From Nitrosopumilus sp. (GTDB lineage Archaea > Thermoproteota > Nitrososphaeria > Nitrososphaerales > Nitrosopumilaceae), in NCBI GenBank assembly GCA_963662625.1, contig OY759726.1:640001-704000 (forward strand): a DNA stretch of 64,000 bases. Reading direction: 5' to 3'. Position numbers and translations under genes: made by a program. Under the pieces are notes generated by a model. The model was not told the origin of the DNA, made no database searches, and saw only the letters and a program-made list of their open reading frames with translations. Of the stretch, positions 9,301 to 18,400 are shown piece after piece (the stretch's first letter is position 1; each line of letters begins with the position of its first letter).

Positions 9301-10636
9301 GCGCGTGCACGTTCCCCGCAACGTCGGTCAGCGAGTCCTTGACGGTGACGGTCGCCGTGGCGCCCGTGCCCACCCCGTCGCCGTCAAACGTCAGGGTGAG
9401 CGTGTCGGTGCCGGAGCCGGCGACCGCGGTGATGCTCCTGTCCTCCCGGTCGGCGGTGGTGGTGGTGTCGCCGTCGGCGTCTATCACCAGCGCGCCGAAC
9501 GTGCCCGCGCCGGCCAGGACCCGCTCCTGGGACTTTATGGTTATCGTGTTGGGGCCCGAGACCACCATGTACTTGGCGTTCGTCTCGGCGCCTTCTGCCG
9601 GGTGGTCTGCGAGAGCCGGCCTCTGGCCGTCCAATACGGCTACGTTGTATTGCTGCCTTGACGCGTTTGCTGGGGTCGCATCGTCCCTTACCGTGCCGAC
9701 GTTGACCAGGCCCGCGTCTGACACCCCCATGCCTGCACCCGAGAACGTTATGGTGGTGACTCCCGTGGAGGCATCATGGATAACGGTGTCGGGGGCACCA
9801 AGCGACTTGCCGCCTATCCTGAATGCCGAATATGCGCCGGCATCCGAGCTGTGGGGCAGGGGCTCGGACCATTCCACCTGGATCGTGTTGGGGCCCGTGA
9901 CGCGGGCGGATAGGACGTCGGGGGCCTGGGCGTCAGCCAGGTCGGTCTGGCCCCGGGAGGATTCGGCGAGCGGGTTCATGGAGACGTCCCTGATTTTGTC
10001 GGACAGTGTGATGGATCCCGTGGCGCTAGTCTTGGCATCGGTGCCGTAGAATGTTATGGTGTGCGTGTCGGTGCCGGAACCCAGGACCTTCATGATGTTC
10101 CTAGGCGTGTTGGCATGCCCGTTCTGGATTATTCCGAGGGCGGTATAGTCGGCGATTGTTGCCAGCACCCTCTCGTCATAGGTTACGGTGACCACCCTCG
10201 GGCCCGTGACGCTGGCGGACGCAAGCGAGGGCGCGAGGCCGTCGGTCGCCACGACGGACTCGTTGGTGTACGTCTTGGCGTCGTCATCCAGGGCCACCGT
10301 GCCGGTGAGCCTCACGGTGGGCGTGGCGTCCGCGTCCAGCGCGTTGCCGGAGGGCAGGACCAGGGTCGCGGTGGCGGCGCCGTCAGAGTGGGTAATTGAA
10401 GCGGGATTCACGCCGTCGACCGTGAAGGCGGCCTGGCTGGAGGTCAGGTCATCCACGCCGGCCGCGAAGGTCACCGTCACCTGCAGGTTCGCGGCGGCGT
10501 TGTCATCGGAACCTCCGGTCTGCGCCCCCTCGAGGATGTTGCCGGGGGCCGTCTGCGCGAGGGACTCGCCTGCCAGCGAGGGGGCCATGATCGCCGACGC
10601 GGCAAGGATCGCGAGCAGCGCGGCATGGGACCTCGT
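3398..10636 (-). CDS. Giant secreted protein, paralog A (Ig-like repeats + type I substrate-binding domain + 3 SdrD_B-like repeats); inferred ACG start
   Basis: 7.2-kb open frame. Signal peptide RSHAALLAILAASAIMAPSLAGESLA, repeats DGQxP...TGPNxxTxxFSE, LivJ-like domain and GTVFxDxDGDG repeats. ORF track uses an upstream TTG at 10765. Confidence 0.9.
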   Translation of the reverse strand, partial: TRSHAALLAILAASAIMAPSLAGESLAQTAPGNILEGAQTGGSDDNAAANLQVTVTFAAGVDDLTSSQAAFTVDGVNPASITHSDGAATATLVLPSGNALDADATPTVRLTGTVALDDDAKTYTNESVVATDGLAPSLASASVTGPRVVTVTYDERVLATIADYTALGIIQNGHANTPRNIMKVLGSGTDTHTITFYGTDAKTSATGSITLSDKIRDVSMNPLAESSRGQTDLADAQAPDVLSARVTGPNTIQVEWSEPLPHSSDAGAYSAFRIGGKSLGAPDTVIHDASTGVTTITFSGAGMGVSDAGLVNVGTVRDDATPANASRQQYNVAVLDGQRPALADHPAEGAETNAKYMVVSGPNTITIKSQERVLAGAGTFGALVIDADGDTTTTADREDRSITAVAGSGTDTLTLTFDGDGVGTGATATVTVKDSLTDVAGNVHALLAGDPVPTEFNAAVHDGQAPRLEWAGITESDQVTLRFSERMNAPTVTAWDNSNYSNVTNLTISGERAPRGITTVSEGTAASDFKITFDIGTDTTPGPVGVRKTAAISVSSGVADATGNRLAPVRGGTVEAAQIPAVDSVRITAPNEITAIFTEPVTAVLGDFGDLRLDGSTTARLITGISPGNGPSATYTLTFADDSGGNGAPTGSTATIDITGVYDAATPRNTIGNLDNQRVGDGQAPTVKMSVTGPNQLTAEFSEPVYAARDHFAGFGIGTMAGSTDAREITSFTGSGSTYTMTFDGKGVGDDAQGYIDISNRVADRSAANKFAGGYPGVIYPITASKKYAIPVGDGQAPVLESISITAPNKATAEFSEPVTAPAGGDIRSAFVSFRLSDGSYRNVNSVSPDTTNSSSAILDLTFGGPAVPTGTSGTIGVTGGISDPAGNRLWVPDAPGYITYTVTAGQIPKLVSAKITAANQITLVFSEPVTAYENNFYDLRLNGNHPRAVDGIAFPNPSTITLTFAGGKAPTGSHATIDISALIDKAATPNMIRPLNDQLVGDGQAPSVRMSVTGPNQLTAEFSERVSATRADFDNLRIIPGPGASPDARKITGVTGAGSAYLIAFDGPRVTKTDSTAKIDILDSVTDAAGNKFAGDADGYTKPRAPDARYPGIPVADGQAPVALRGEFASGMTIAVAYSEAVKAHAGSSYTGLVLGTDDYRNVTDTNLSGSIHYITYIGSRAPDTTTGTVQVTAVKDLADIALGAKTIRIENRAPPTLVSASVTDGNEITVRFSEPVDAEAAHFTNLWLSGSADMREVTAASGSGTDTIVLTFGGGRAPVGASGVMDVSSQVADLVRNPLTALDNVAVTAGQVPVLLSAAVTGPNQITLVFSEGVRAAASDFANLQLFPGGQRAVTAVSGSGSATLVLAFGGPGVSTDATAILDIGTGVVDNDGAAFAGASGQRATAGQPPALTAVSISSDNATSAYQATVGDAVTVTFTASETVAIPTVTIGGIHVTGVSNPSGNQWTASRTMGQGDADGGVAFTIDYTGLDGQAGARVTATTDGSSVTYSNVGLPPLHASSAVTGPNQITVTFTEPVTAAAADFTGLELSPGGPRTATAAAISGPSAAVTFGGPAVPAHATATLTLGGGIRDADGNALAGPRTVPAADGQAPSLLSVTMYSSNADPGLATVGDTVTLGFAASEPISAPSATINGSAAQAAGGQGNAWTASRTFTDLASLGAPVTFSIDYSDLAGNAGVRAAATTDGTSVSTGVCGPGQGQHPYTGACVTPLAGSVKVGLLLSEAPAVKLEGQEARLASAKAVDDLNAWLASQGRGWTLAAPYQDNGLDGPTTLRQIQSLKAQGVDVVLGVPTSASVKYVADYVNANGMVLVSCCSAAPSLAKPDGIFRMSPTSTSLAPLLAQHAVDSGTDSLVIIYRNDTWGNDMLAAAAAAYEARGGTVASRVPYEPGTADFAATARAAQAAVQGRADASGVGVLFLGWAELAGLSAAAAATDALPSLKWFDAGVNANSPRITADPAALAFAESTRLTSIQFKEQRTDATAAVAKYVRDGLGRDPSVYAYSSYDAVWVAGQAIDRAQSATGTDVLPHVPAAAAARTGGALGPNALDANGDLALRSFNLWAVEGGAWKDRGAASTPSIRGTVFSDSDGDGIRDAGEAGIEAGVTLYGAGATYTARSNAGGYYSFSNVAAGPWTAQVDAPDTHVPSAGQSYSRTVTVAPGAAQTVDFALEPLSPSVYATLSGTVFTDADGDGRQGAGEPGLPGYAMYAIDVLTGALQESTTGADGGYAFDAIPPSPRLTLLQATYFPFDHTLTTPSFYAYLAPARGGTATFDVGFRQVLPEEAVSLYATVYRDDNANGVRDPGEGPFPGIRIDVYSYTTNELEAVTTGAGGAASKTDIAPADWVAQVALPAGYVATSPTDAASKIKGVHTAIDPAPGSSVTMAIGLAPAT

Positions 10637-10637
10637 C

Positions 10638-10775
10638 TCATTCCACCCCCACGGTAGCGGCGGGCCCCGGGCCCGCGGGGACGCGGCCTGTGACGAAAGG
10701 GCCACATGGCCCGCATCCTGCCGCGGCGTGCGGAACTGTTTTTGCGGGTCCCGTCGCCATGTCAAATCCCCTCAT
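10638..10775 (-). CDS. Leader ORF, 45 aa with CGPC motif, upstream of paralog A
   Basis: MRGFDMATGPAKTVPHAAAGCGPCGPFVTGRVPAGPGPAATVGVE*. ATG about 23 nt below TTTTAATA. Same position as the B/C leader ORFs. Confidence 0.6.
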   Translation of the reverse strand: MRGFDMATGPAKTVPHAAAGCGPCGPFVTGRVPAGPGPAATVGVE

Positions 10776-10797
10776 GGTGGTCTAGTGTAGTAATCAG

Positions 10798-10805
10798 TAT
10801 TAAAA
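10798..10805 (-). promoter_or_regulatory. TATA box for the paralog A transcript
   Basis: TTTTAATA on the minus strand at canonical distance from ATG 10775. Confidence 0.6.
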
Positions 10806-10827
10806 CCACTGCATTCACTAGCTGCAA

Positions 10828-10905
10828 GAGGTCACGTATGCTGACCGTTTAACCAACAAGGCGCGATCCTGCTGATCCTTATGGCAGGAGGTGCTAGTAC
10901 GTGCG
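10828..10905 (+). mobile_element. Left end of an IS66-like element
   Basis: Near match to the reverse complement of about 53510-53587 (GAGGTCACGTATGCTGACC...). Confidence 0.65.
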
Positions 10906-12138
10906 TGCGTACATGCACGGGAAGGAGGGCAGATCCATACGCCAGACGGGCAGGCTGCTCAACAGGCCGTACTCCACGGTGCGCAGGTGGCTCCTGCATG
11001 CCGTGGAGAGCGGCGGCATGTCCGGCAGGCATGACGCGGCGCCGCCCGGCGCCCCCTGCAGGCGGGACGCCTCCCAGCTCAGGGAGCTCAGGGCGGACCT
11101 GGTGGCCGGGCCCAGGAGGTGCGGCCTGGAGTCCGGGGCGCGGGCCGCGCCGCTCGTCGTGCGGCACGTGCAGGACAGGTTCGGCGTGCGGCACGGCGAC
11201 CGCGGCATGTACGACCTACTGGTGAGGCCGGGCTTCCCGCGCGGGAAGCCCGGGCCCGGGCACCCCAAACCGGCCTCGGAAAGCGCGAAGGCCGGGTTCA
11301 AAAAAAAGCGGCGGGCGCCGCCAGGCGGTACGCCGTCCTCGCCGGGACGAGTCCTCCCACATAATCGGGCGGGACGCCAGGAACGGCTGGTACCCGAGGG
11401 GCAGGGAGGCCGCCACGCCGGTCAGCCCCTCCAGGGAAAGGTCCTGCCCGTTCGGGGCGCGATCCGGGAACTGGTCCGGCTGCAGGTCCTGCGACGAGGC
11501 AAACGGTGACAGCTTCACGGGCTTTCTCTCGTACCTGCACGGGAAGCACGGTAAGTTCGTGATGCCCGTGGACAACGCGAGCTACCGCAAGTCCAAGAAG
11601 TTGGACTTGTGCCATGACGCGTTGCCTGCGGACACGGGCACCTTGCCGAACCTCCTGCGCACCCTGCCCTGAAACCTTATGGACGTAGTTACGGTGTTAA
11701 ATATTGGATCATCTTGACGGTCTTGACCACCCCGCTGCCAGGCATGGCCCGTATCGGCTCCTGCATCTCCCCCGTGCCGTCGTGCAGGACGTTGGACGTG
11801 CCGTGCCTGATCCCCTTCCACTGTACCTCTGCCGGGTTCAGCTCCGGCGTGTAGGGCGGGGAAGTACTCCAGCACCACGTCGCCCTTGAACCCGTCCAGC
11901 GCCCCTGCCAAGGCGGTGCTGCGCCACGTGGGGGAGTGCGGGGACGTCCGGCTGGAGCACTTTCCCCCGCACGCCCCGGAGCTTGACGGCGCCAGGGTGC
12001 AGTGGAGGGTGGCGGGGAACTCCATGGGCAAACCGCCTGTACGCGGACGGCGGGGAGGCCGTGGGGCCCATACGCGCCATGATCCGCAAGAGGGAGATCG
12101 TTCCGGTCAAAATGAACGATTGCTTGATGTGTTGACTA
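10905..12138. mobile_element. Nested decayed IS630-family fragments in both orientations
   Basis: Winged-HTH ORF A homologous to 50258-50830, A-run frameshift site at 11300, DNASYRKS and LEHFPPHAPEL motifs. Inverted end TACGGTGTTAAATATTGGATCA at 11690 and end GTTGACTA at 12131-12138. Confidence 0.8.
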
Positions 12139-12319
12139 CGGGCACGCTCCACGTTGGGGTACCTCGCCCCCGGCAGGTACGCCGGGCCGTGGCAGCAGTG
12201 CGAGGAGGACGCCAAGCGGGGCGACAAACGGACGGTTGGAGGCGAAAAGTGTGCATGAATTGCCGCCAAAAGTGGGATCAAAGAGAGGGAGCCACTCCAT
12301 GGGCGTGCGTCCCTCGCGG

Positions 12320-12405
12320 GAGTCGGCAATCCGTTCGTTTGGTTATGGGCACGCCTGTGGCAGGTGCCGTCTGAAACCGGCTTTTTCGGTACGCCTGTAG
12401 TTGCG
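12320..12405 (-). mobile_element. Left-end remnant of an IS110/IS1111-type element
   Basis: Aligns with 59760-59848 and the reverse complement of 49137-49230. Confidence 0.6.
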
Positions 12406-12423
12406 TGGGCCCGTGGCAGACAC

Positions 12424-15400
12424 CTACGGCGACGCCGCCAGGCCTATCAGCATGGTGACCGACGAGCCGGGGGCCGGGTCGACTGCCGTGTAGGCGCCTG
12501 CCACCCCGGTCACGGGGTCGGCCGGGGCCGTCGCGACATAGCCGGCCGGCGGGTACGCCTGCGCCTGCCAGTTGGCCGGCAGCAGGTCCGTCTTCGTGGC
12601 CACGCCGTCGTCGCCGGTGGTTATGGCGTCTATCGTGTTGATGGTGTACGAGTAGATCTGGACCTGCGCCCCCGGGAACGCGGCCTCGCCGGCGTCCCTG
12701 ATGCCGTTGGCGTTGGCGTCCATGTAGGCGGTCACCGACAGGGACACCCGCTCGGACTGCGGCACGGGGTAGAAGCCGACGTCGAACGTCTCGACTGCGC
12801 GCCTCTCCGGGGTGACGTACGAGTAGAAGGCGTCCGTGCTCAGGGTGTGGCCCGGCGGGAAGTAGCCCGTCTGGACCAGCGTGAGGCGCGGCGCCGGCGC
12901 TATGCTGTCGAAGGCGTACGTGCCGTCGGGGCCGGTCGTGGCGGTCACCGACTGGCCGGACAGCGCGTCGATGGCGTACATCGTGTAGCCTGCCATGCCG
13001 GCCTCGCCGGAGCCCCGCGTGCCGTCGCCGTCGGCGTCCACGAAGACCGTCCCGGTGACGGTGGCGTAGTTGGACGCCGAGAGCGGCTCCAGCGCAAAGT
13101 CGACCGTCTGGGTGGCGCCCGCCGCCACGGTCACCGTCTCGAAGAAGGACTGGCCCACGGACGGGACGTGCGTGGCCGGCATGGCCACCTGGACTGTCCA
13201 GTCGCCGCCCGCCACGGCCGAGAAGGAGTAGTACCCGCCGGCGTTGGACCTGGAGGTGTACGAGGTGGAGCCGTTGAACAGCGTCACGTCTGCCTCGATG
13301 CCCGCCTCGAGCGCGCCCTTCGCGCCGTTGCCGTCGGCGTCGCTGAAGACGGTCCCCTGCACGGACGGGGTGGACACGGTGCCCAGGTCCTTCCAGGCGC
13401 CGCCCTGGACAGCCCAGAGGTTGTAGTTGCTCAGTGCCAGGTCGCCGTTGGCGTCCAGCGTGTTGGGGCCGATGGCGCCGCTGGTCCTGGACGCGGCCAC
13501 CGCGGGGACGTGCGGGAGCACGTCCGTCCCGGTGGCGCTCTGGGCCCGGTCTATGGCCATCCCGGCCACCCAGACGGCGTCGTACGCGGAGTACGCGTAG
13601 GTCGTCGGGTCCCTGCCGAGGTTCTCCCTGACGTGTTCCATCACCTCGACGGTCTTGTCGGTGCGCTGCTCCTTGAAGTGGATGGAGGTCATGCCGGTGG
13701 AGGTGGCAAAGGCGAGCGCCGTCGCGTCGGTGACGATGTTCTGGTTGTTTGCGTTCTGGCCAGCGTCGAACCACGTCAGCGAGGGGAGCGTGTCCGTGGT
13801 GCTCGCGGCGGCCGACAGGCCCACGAGTTTTTCCACCCCGATGAAGAGCACCCCCACTCCGGAGGTGTCGTCGAGTCCCGCGGCCGCAGTCTCCGCCTCG
13901 GCCGCAGTCTCCGCAAAGTCCGTCGTGCCCGGGTCGTACGCCACCTGGGCGATCACGGAGCCTCCCCTTGCCTGGTATGACGCCGTCACGGCGTCAAGGA
14001 GCCCGGCGCCCCAGGTGTCGTCCCTGTATATGATTACCAGCGAGTTCTTGCCCGAGTCCACGATGTGCTGGGCGAGGATCGGCGCGTGCGAGACGCTGGT
14101 GGGGCTCATCCGGAAGACGTTGTCGGGCTGTGCCAGTGATGGCGCCTCCGAGCAGCAGCTCACCAGCACCATCCCGTTGGTGTTGACATAGTCCATGACG
14201 TAACCGACGCTGGAGCTGAAAGGCACTCCGAGCACCACGTCTGTGCCCTCGTCCCTGAGGGCCTGCACCTGCGCCAGCGTGGTCGCGCTGTCAAATTTGG
14301 TGTCGGTGTACGGCGCCACGAGCGTCCAGTCCCTGCCCTGGTCTGCCAGCCACTGGTTAAAGTCGGTCACGGCCTTTGCGGAAGTCAGTATGGTCTCCTC
14401 ACCTGCCAACTTAAATCCCTCTGCGTCAGAGAGCAGCAGCCCCACCTTGACGTTGCCGGCAAGCGGGGTTATGCACTGGCTGGTGTACGGGTGCGGCTCC
14501 TGCCCCGGCGGGCACTGGCCCGTGGAGACGGCGCTGCCGTCGGTGGTGGACACCACCCGGACCCCCTGGTTCATGGAGTCGTCGGCATAGTCCACCGAGA
14601 ACGTTATGGAGGCGCCCAGCGACGCCGCGTCGGTGAAGGTCCGCGCCGCCGTCCACTGGTTGCCCGATGCGTTGGAGGCCTGGACGGTGGAGCCGTTCAT
14701 GGAGACTATGGGGTCGGAGATCGGCTCGGACGCCGTGAAGCTCAGGGTCACCGTGTCGCCCACGGTTGCAAAGCCCGGGTCGTCGTTGGACGACGCCAGG
14801 CCCACGAACGGCAGCGACGGGGCCTGCCCGTCGGCGGCGGCGACGTTGAGCGGCCCGGCAAACATGTTGCCGTCGGCGTCCGTGATGCCGGAGCCCACGG
14901 TGACTGACGCCGTGGCGTAGGCCGGGACCGCGGCGCCGCCGAAGGTCACCGTGACGGAGGAGCCTGCGCTGGCGGCGCCGGTGACGTTCCTGACGCCGCC
15001 CGGTATCAGGGTCATGTTGGCAAAGTCAGCCGCGGAAGCCGTCACGGGCTCGGTGAATGTCACCGTGACGGAGTTGGGCCCGGTCACCGCCGAGGAGACG
15101 TGCAGCGGCGAGAGCCCCACGTTGCTGTAAAAGACCGACGAGCCGTCGGTGGTGGCCGTCGCCCGCGTGCCGTCGTTGCCGTCCATGTCTGAATAGTCGA
15201 TCGTGAAGGCGAGCCTGCCGTCGGTGTCGCCCTGCTGCATCACCCTGGAGGCGGTCCACTGGTTGCCCGTCAGGTTGTAGACGCTGTCGGCGGCGTTGCC
15301 GTCGATGGTGACCGCCGGGAGCGATATCGCCTCGGACGCCGTGAAGCCCAGGGTCACCGTGTCGCCCACGGTGGCCTGCGAGGCGTTTGTCTGGTTGTCG

Positions 15401-18400
15401 GAGGACATGGTGACGCTGGACAGCGCTGGCGGCTGTCCCGCCTCCGCCCTGTAGCCCGTGACGGCCACGAACGCGGTGCCGTCGTTGTCCACGATTCCCG
15501 TGGTGACGTCCAGCAGGGCGGTCGCCGCCGTGGACACGGCGGGGCCGTCAAACGTGAGCGTTATGGTGTCCGTGCCGGAGCCCGAGACCGCCGTGACGCT
15601 CCTGGGGCCCCCCGGGAATAGCTGCAGGTTGGCAAACGCCGAGGCGCCGGCGGTGACCCCCTCGGAGAAGGCCACGGTTATCTGGTTCGGGCCCGTGACG
15701 GCCGCGGACACCAGGACTGGCACCTGCCCGGCGGCCACCATGTAGCCGGTCTTTGGCGAAAGGGCGTTTCCTATCAGGTCGGCTATGGAATCCGACACGT
15801 CCATCTGGCCGGAGGTCCCCACGGGGGCCTTGGGGCCGTCAAACGTGAGCGTTATGGTGTCCGTGCCGGAGCCGGCGGCGCCGGTGACGTTCCTGGGATC
15901 GACGGCGTCGCCCACCACCAGACCGGTAAAGTCCGCGGCAGACGCCGTCACGGGCTCGGAGAATGTCACCGTGACCCGGTCGCTGCCGGTGATCCTGGCG
16001 GACAGAAGGGTCGGGTCGCCCATCGCTTCCACCTTTATGCTCCCTGCCTCGAGCGCGATGTCGGCCAGGTCCTTGACGCCGGTGACGTTGTTGATCACCC
16101 CGGTGGTGGACCGGTCCACGTCGTCGCCCGTGAAGAGCAGCTGGTGCGTCGCGGTCGTGAACTGCCCGCCAGCAGGGTCCCTGTTGTCGTTGGCGCCAAA
16201 CACCAGGTCGGGGTAGGAGGTCACCGCGTTGGCGGTCACGCCCTCAGAGTACACGATCTTTATGGAGTTGGCGTCGGCGAACTCCCCGCGGAGCACCAGC
16301 GGGGCCTGCCCGTCGGAGACCGGCACCCCGGCGAACTTGCCCTCCGTCTGGGGGGTCTTGGTGCCGTCGGCGGAGAATCCCGCAAACGCGTTCTGGCCGC
16401 GCGAGGTGTCCGATATGCCGGCCATTATGTCGATCTTGGCGGTGGCGTCGGTCCCTACCGCGTCGCCGTCGAAGGCCATGGTGTACGTGGAGCCCGATCC
16501 GGCGAATCCCGTGATCTTCCTTGCCTCGTCCTCGTAGAGGACGTTGTTGCTGCTGTCGGTGCCCGCGGCGATCATGAGGCCGTCAAAGTCCGCCAGTTCA
16601 GTGGCGACCGGCTCGGTGAACTCCGCCGTCAGCTGGTTGGGGCCGGTGATCGACACCGTCACCCTCGGCGGCTGCCCGTCCTCTACCGCCTTGTCCTGGA
16701 GGGGCTTTAGCGTGTTCCGCGGGGAGGCGTTGTCGATCGGGCCCGCTATGTCCACGGTCGCGACCGCGTCGGTCCCCACCGGGTCCCCGTCGAAGGTCAG
16801 CTCGACCGCGGCGGCGATAGTGGAGACGTTCGTGACGGCCCTCGCCGTGGGGCTGCCGTCGATCCTCAGGTCGGTGTAGTCGCCCGGAAACGTGCTTACG
16901 CTCTCGGAGAACTCCACGGTCAGCTGGTTGGGGCCGGTCACTTTGGCGGAGAGCACCGTCGGGATCTGCCCCGCCTTGACGGCGTAGTTGACGTACCCGG
17001 GCGGGCTCGGCACCTGGAACGCGTTTCCTGACGTGTCCTCGATTCCGCCGGTGACGTTTACCGTCCCGCTGGTGCCGGTTGGCACGCCCGTGCCGCCGAA
17101 GGTCAGCTTGATGGAGGCTGACGGCTCACTCGTCACATCGTTGATGTTGCGGAAGTTGCCGTCGGACAGGCGGAACGCCACGAACGCGGACTTGAGGTCG
17201 CCGCCGTCGGGCTCTTTGACCGCTTCGGAGAACTTTGCGGTCACCTGGTTGGGCCCGGTGATGGAGATCGACTCCAGGGCGGGCGCCTGGCCGTCGCCGA
17301 CCGGGACGTCCGCGTACTTGCCGGCGACGGGCTCGGTGGCGGCGCCGTCACCGTCACGGACCACGAACTTGTTGCCCGCCGGCCTGTCGGCCACCTTGCC
17401 GGAGATGTCGACGTAGCCGGTCGCGTCGTCGGCGACGGGGTCGCCGTTGAAGGCCATGGTGTACGTGGAGCCCGATCCCGCGAATCCCGTGATCTTCCTC
17501 GCTTCCCCGCCGGTGGTGGGGCCGATCGTGAGGCCGTCAAAGTCCGCCATCCTCGCGATGACCGGCTCGGTGAACTCCGCCGTCAGCTGGTTGGGGCCGG
17601 TGATCGACAGCTCCACCTCCGGCCGCTGCCCGTCGGACACCGGCTGGTTGTCGATGTCGACTTTTCCGATGGCGTTGGGGGGAGTCGCGCCGTCTACCAC
17701 GCTCTTTGAGATGTCTATGGTGGCCGTGGCGCCCGTGCCCACCTTGTCGCCGCCGAAGGTCAGGGTGTATGTGGCGCTCGGCCCGTTGCCCGGGGATATG
17801 CCGCTGAGCGTTCTTGCGGTGGCGCTGCCGTCGATCCGCAGGTCGTTGAAGTCTCCCTGCACTGCGGTGACGGACTCGGTGAACACCACGGTCACCTGGT
17901 CGGGGCCGGTGATCTCTATGGACTTGACCGCCGGCCTCTGCGAGGCGTCCACGGCGACCCCCGACCTCGCGACGATCGGGTTGCCCTTGGAGTCCAGCAC
18001 GCCTTTGCCCACGCTGATGGTGCCGGTGCTGTCGGCCGGGGCGCTAGCAAGGGGCGGGACGTCGTCGTTGGAACCAAAGGTGATGTCGTAGGCGTTTGGA
18101 ATGGAGGAGTGGGCGGCGGCGCTGGTCAGGGTACTGGCCGTGCGCTGGCCCGTGACCAGGAAGTCGGTGATGTTGGTCAGAACGCCGCCGGTGGTGGCGG
18201 TGATGGTGCCGCCACCCATGGCCTCGGAGAACGTCACGGTGACTTTGTTGGCTGTGGTGATACCCGCCGACACCAGGGTGGGCGCCTGGCCGTCGTAGAC
18301 TGCCACGTCGGTGACCTGGGCGGGGACCGGGTCGCCGGCGAGGAGCGCGTGCACGTTCCCCGCAACGTCGGTCAGCGAGTCCTTGACGGTGACGGTCGCC

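Noticed and set aside
10637-10765. TTG start and 43-aa N-terminal extension for paralog A
   Set aside because: The extension precedes a clear signal peptide, has no counterpart in B/C and overlaps the conserved leader ORF
13420-14430. Diversity-generating retroelement explaining B versus C variation
   Set aside because: The differences I checked are not adenine-specific (e.g. gca gag gga ttt vs gcg cca gaa ttc), and no reverse transcriptase is in the window
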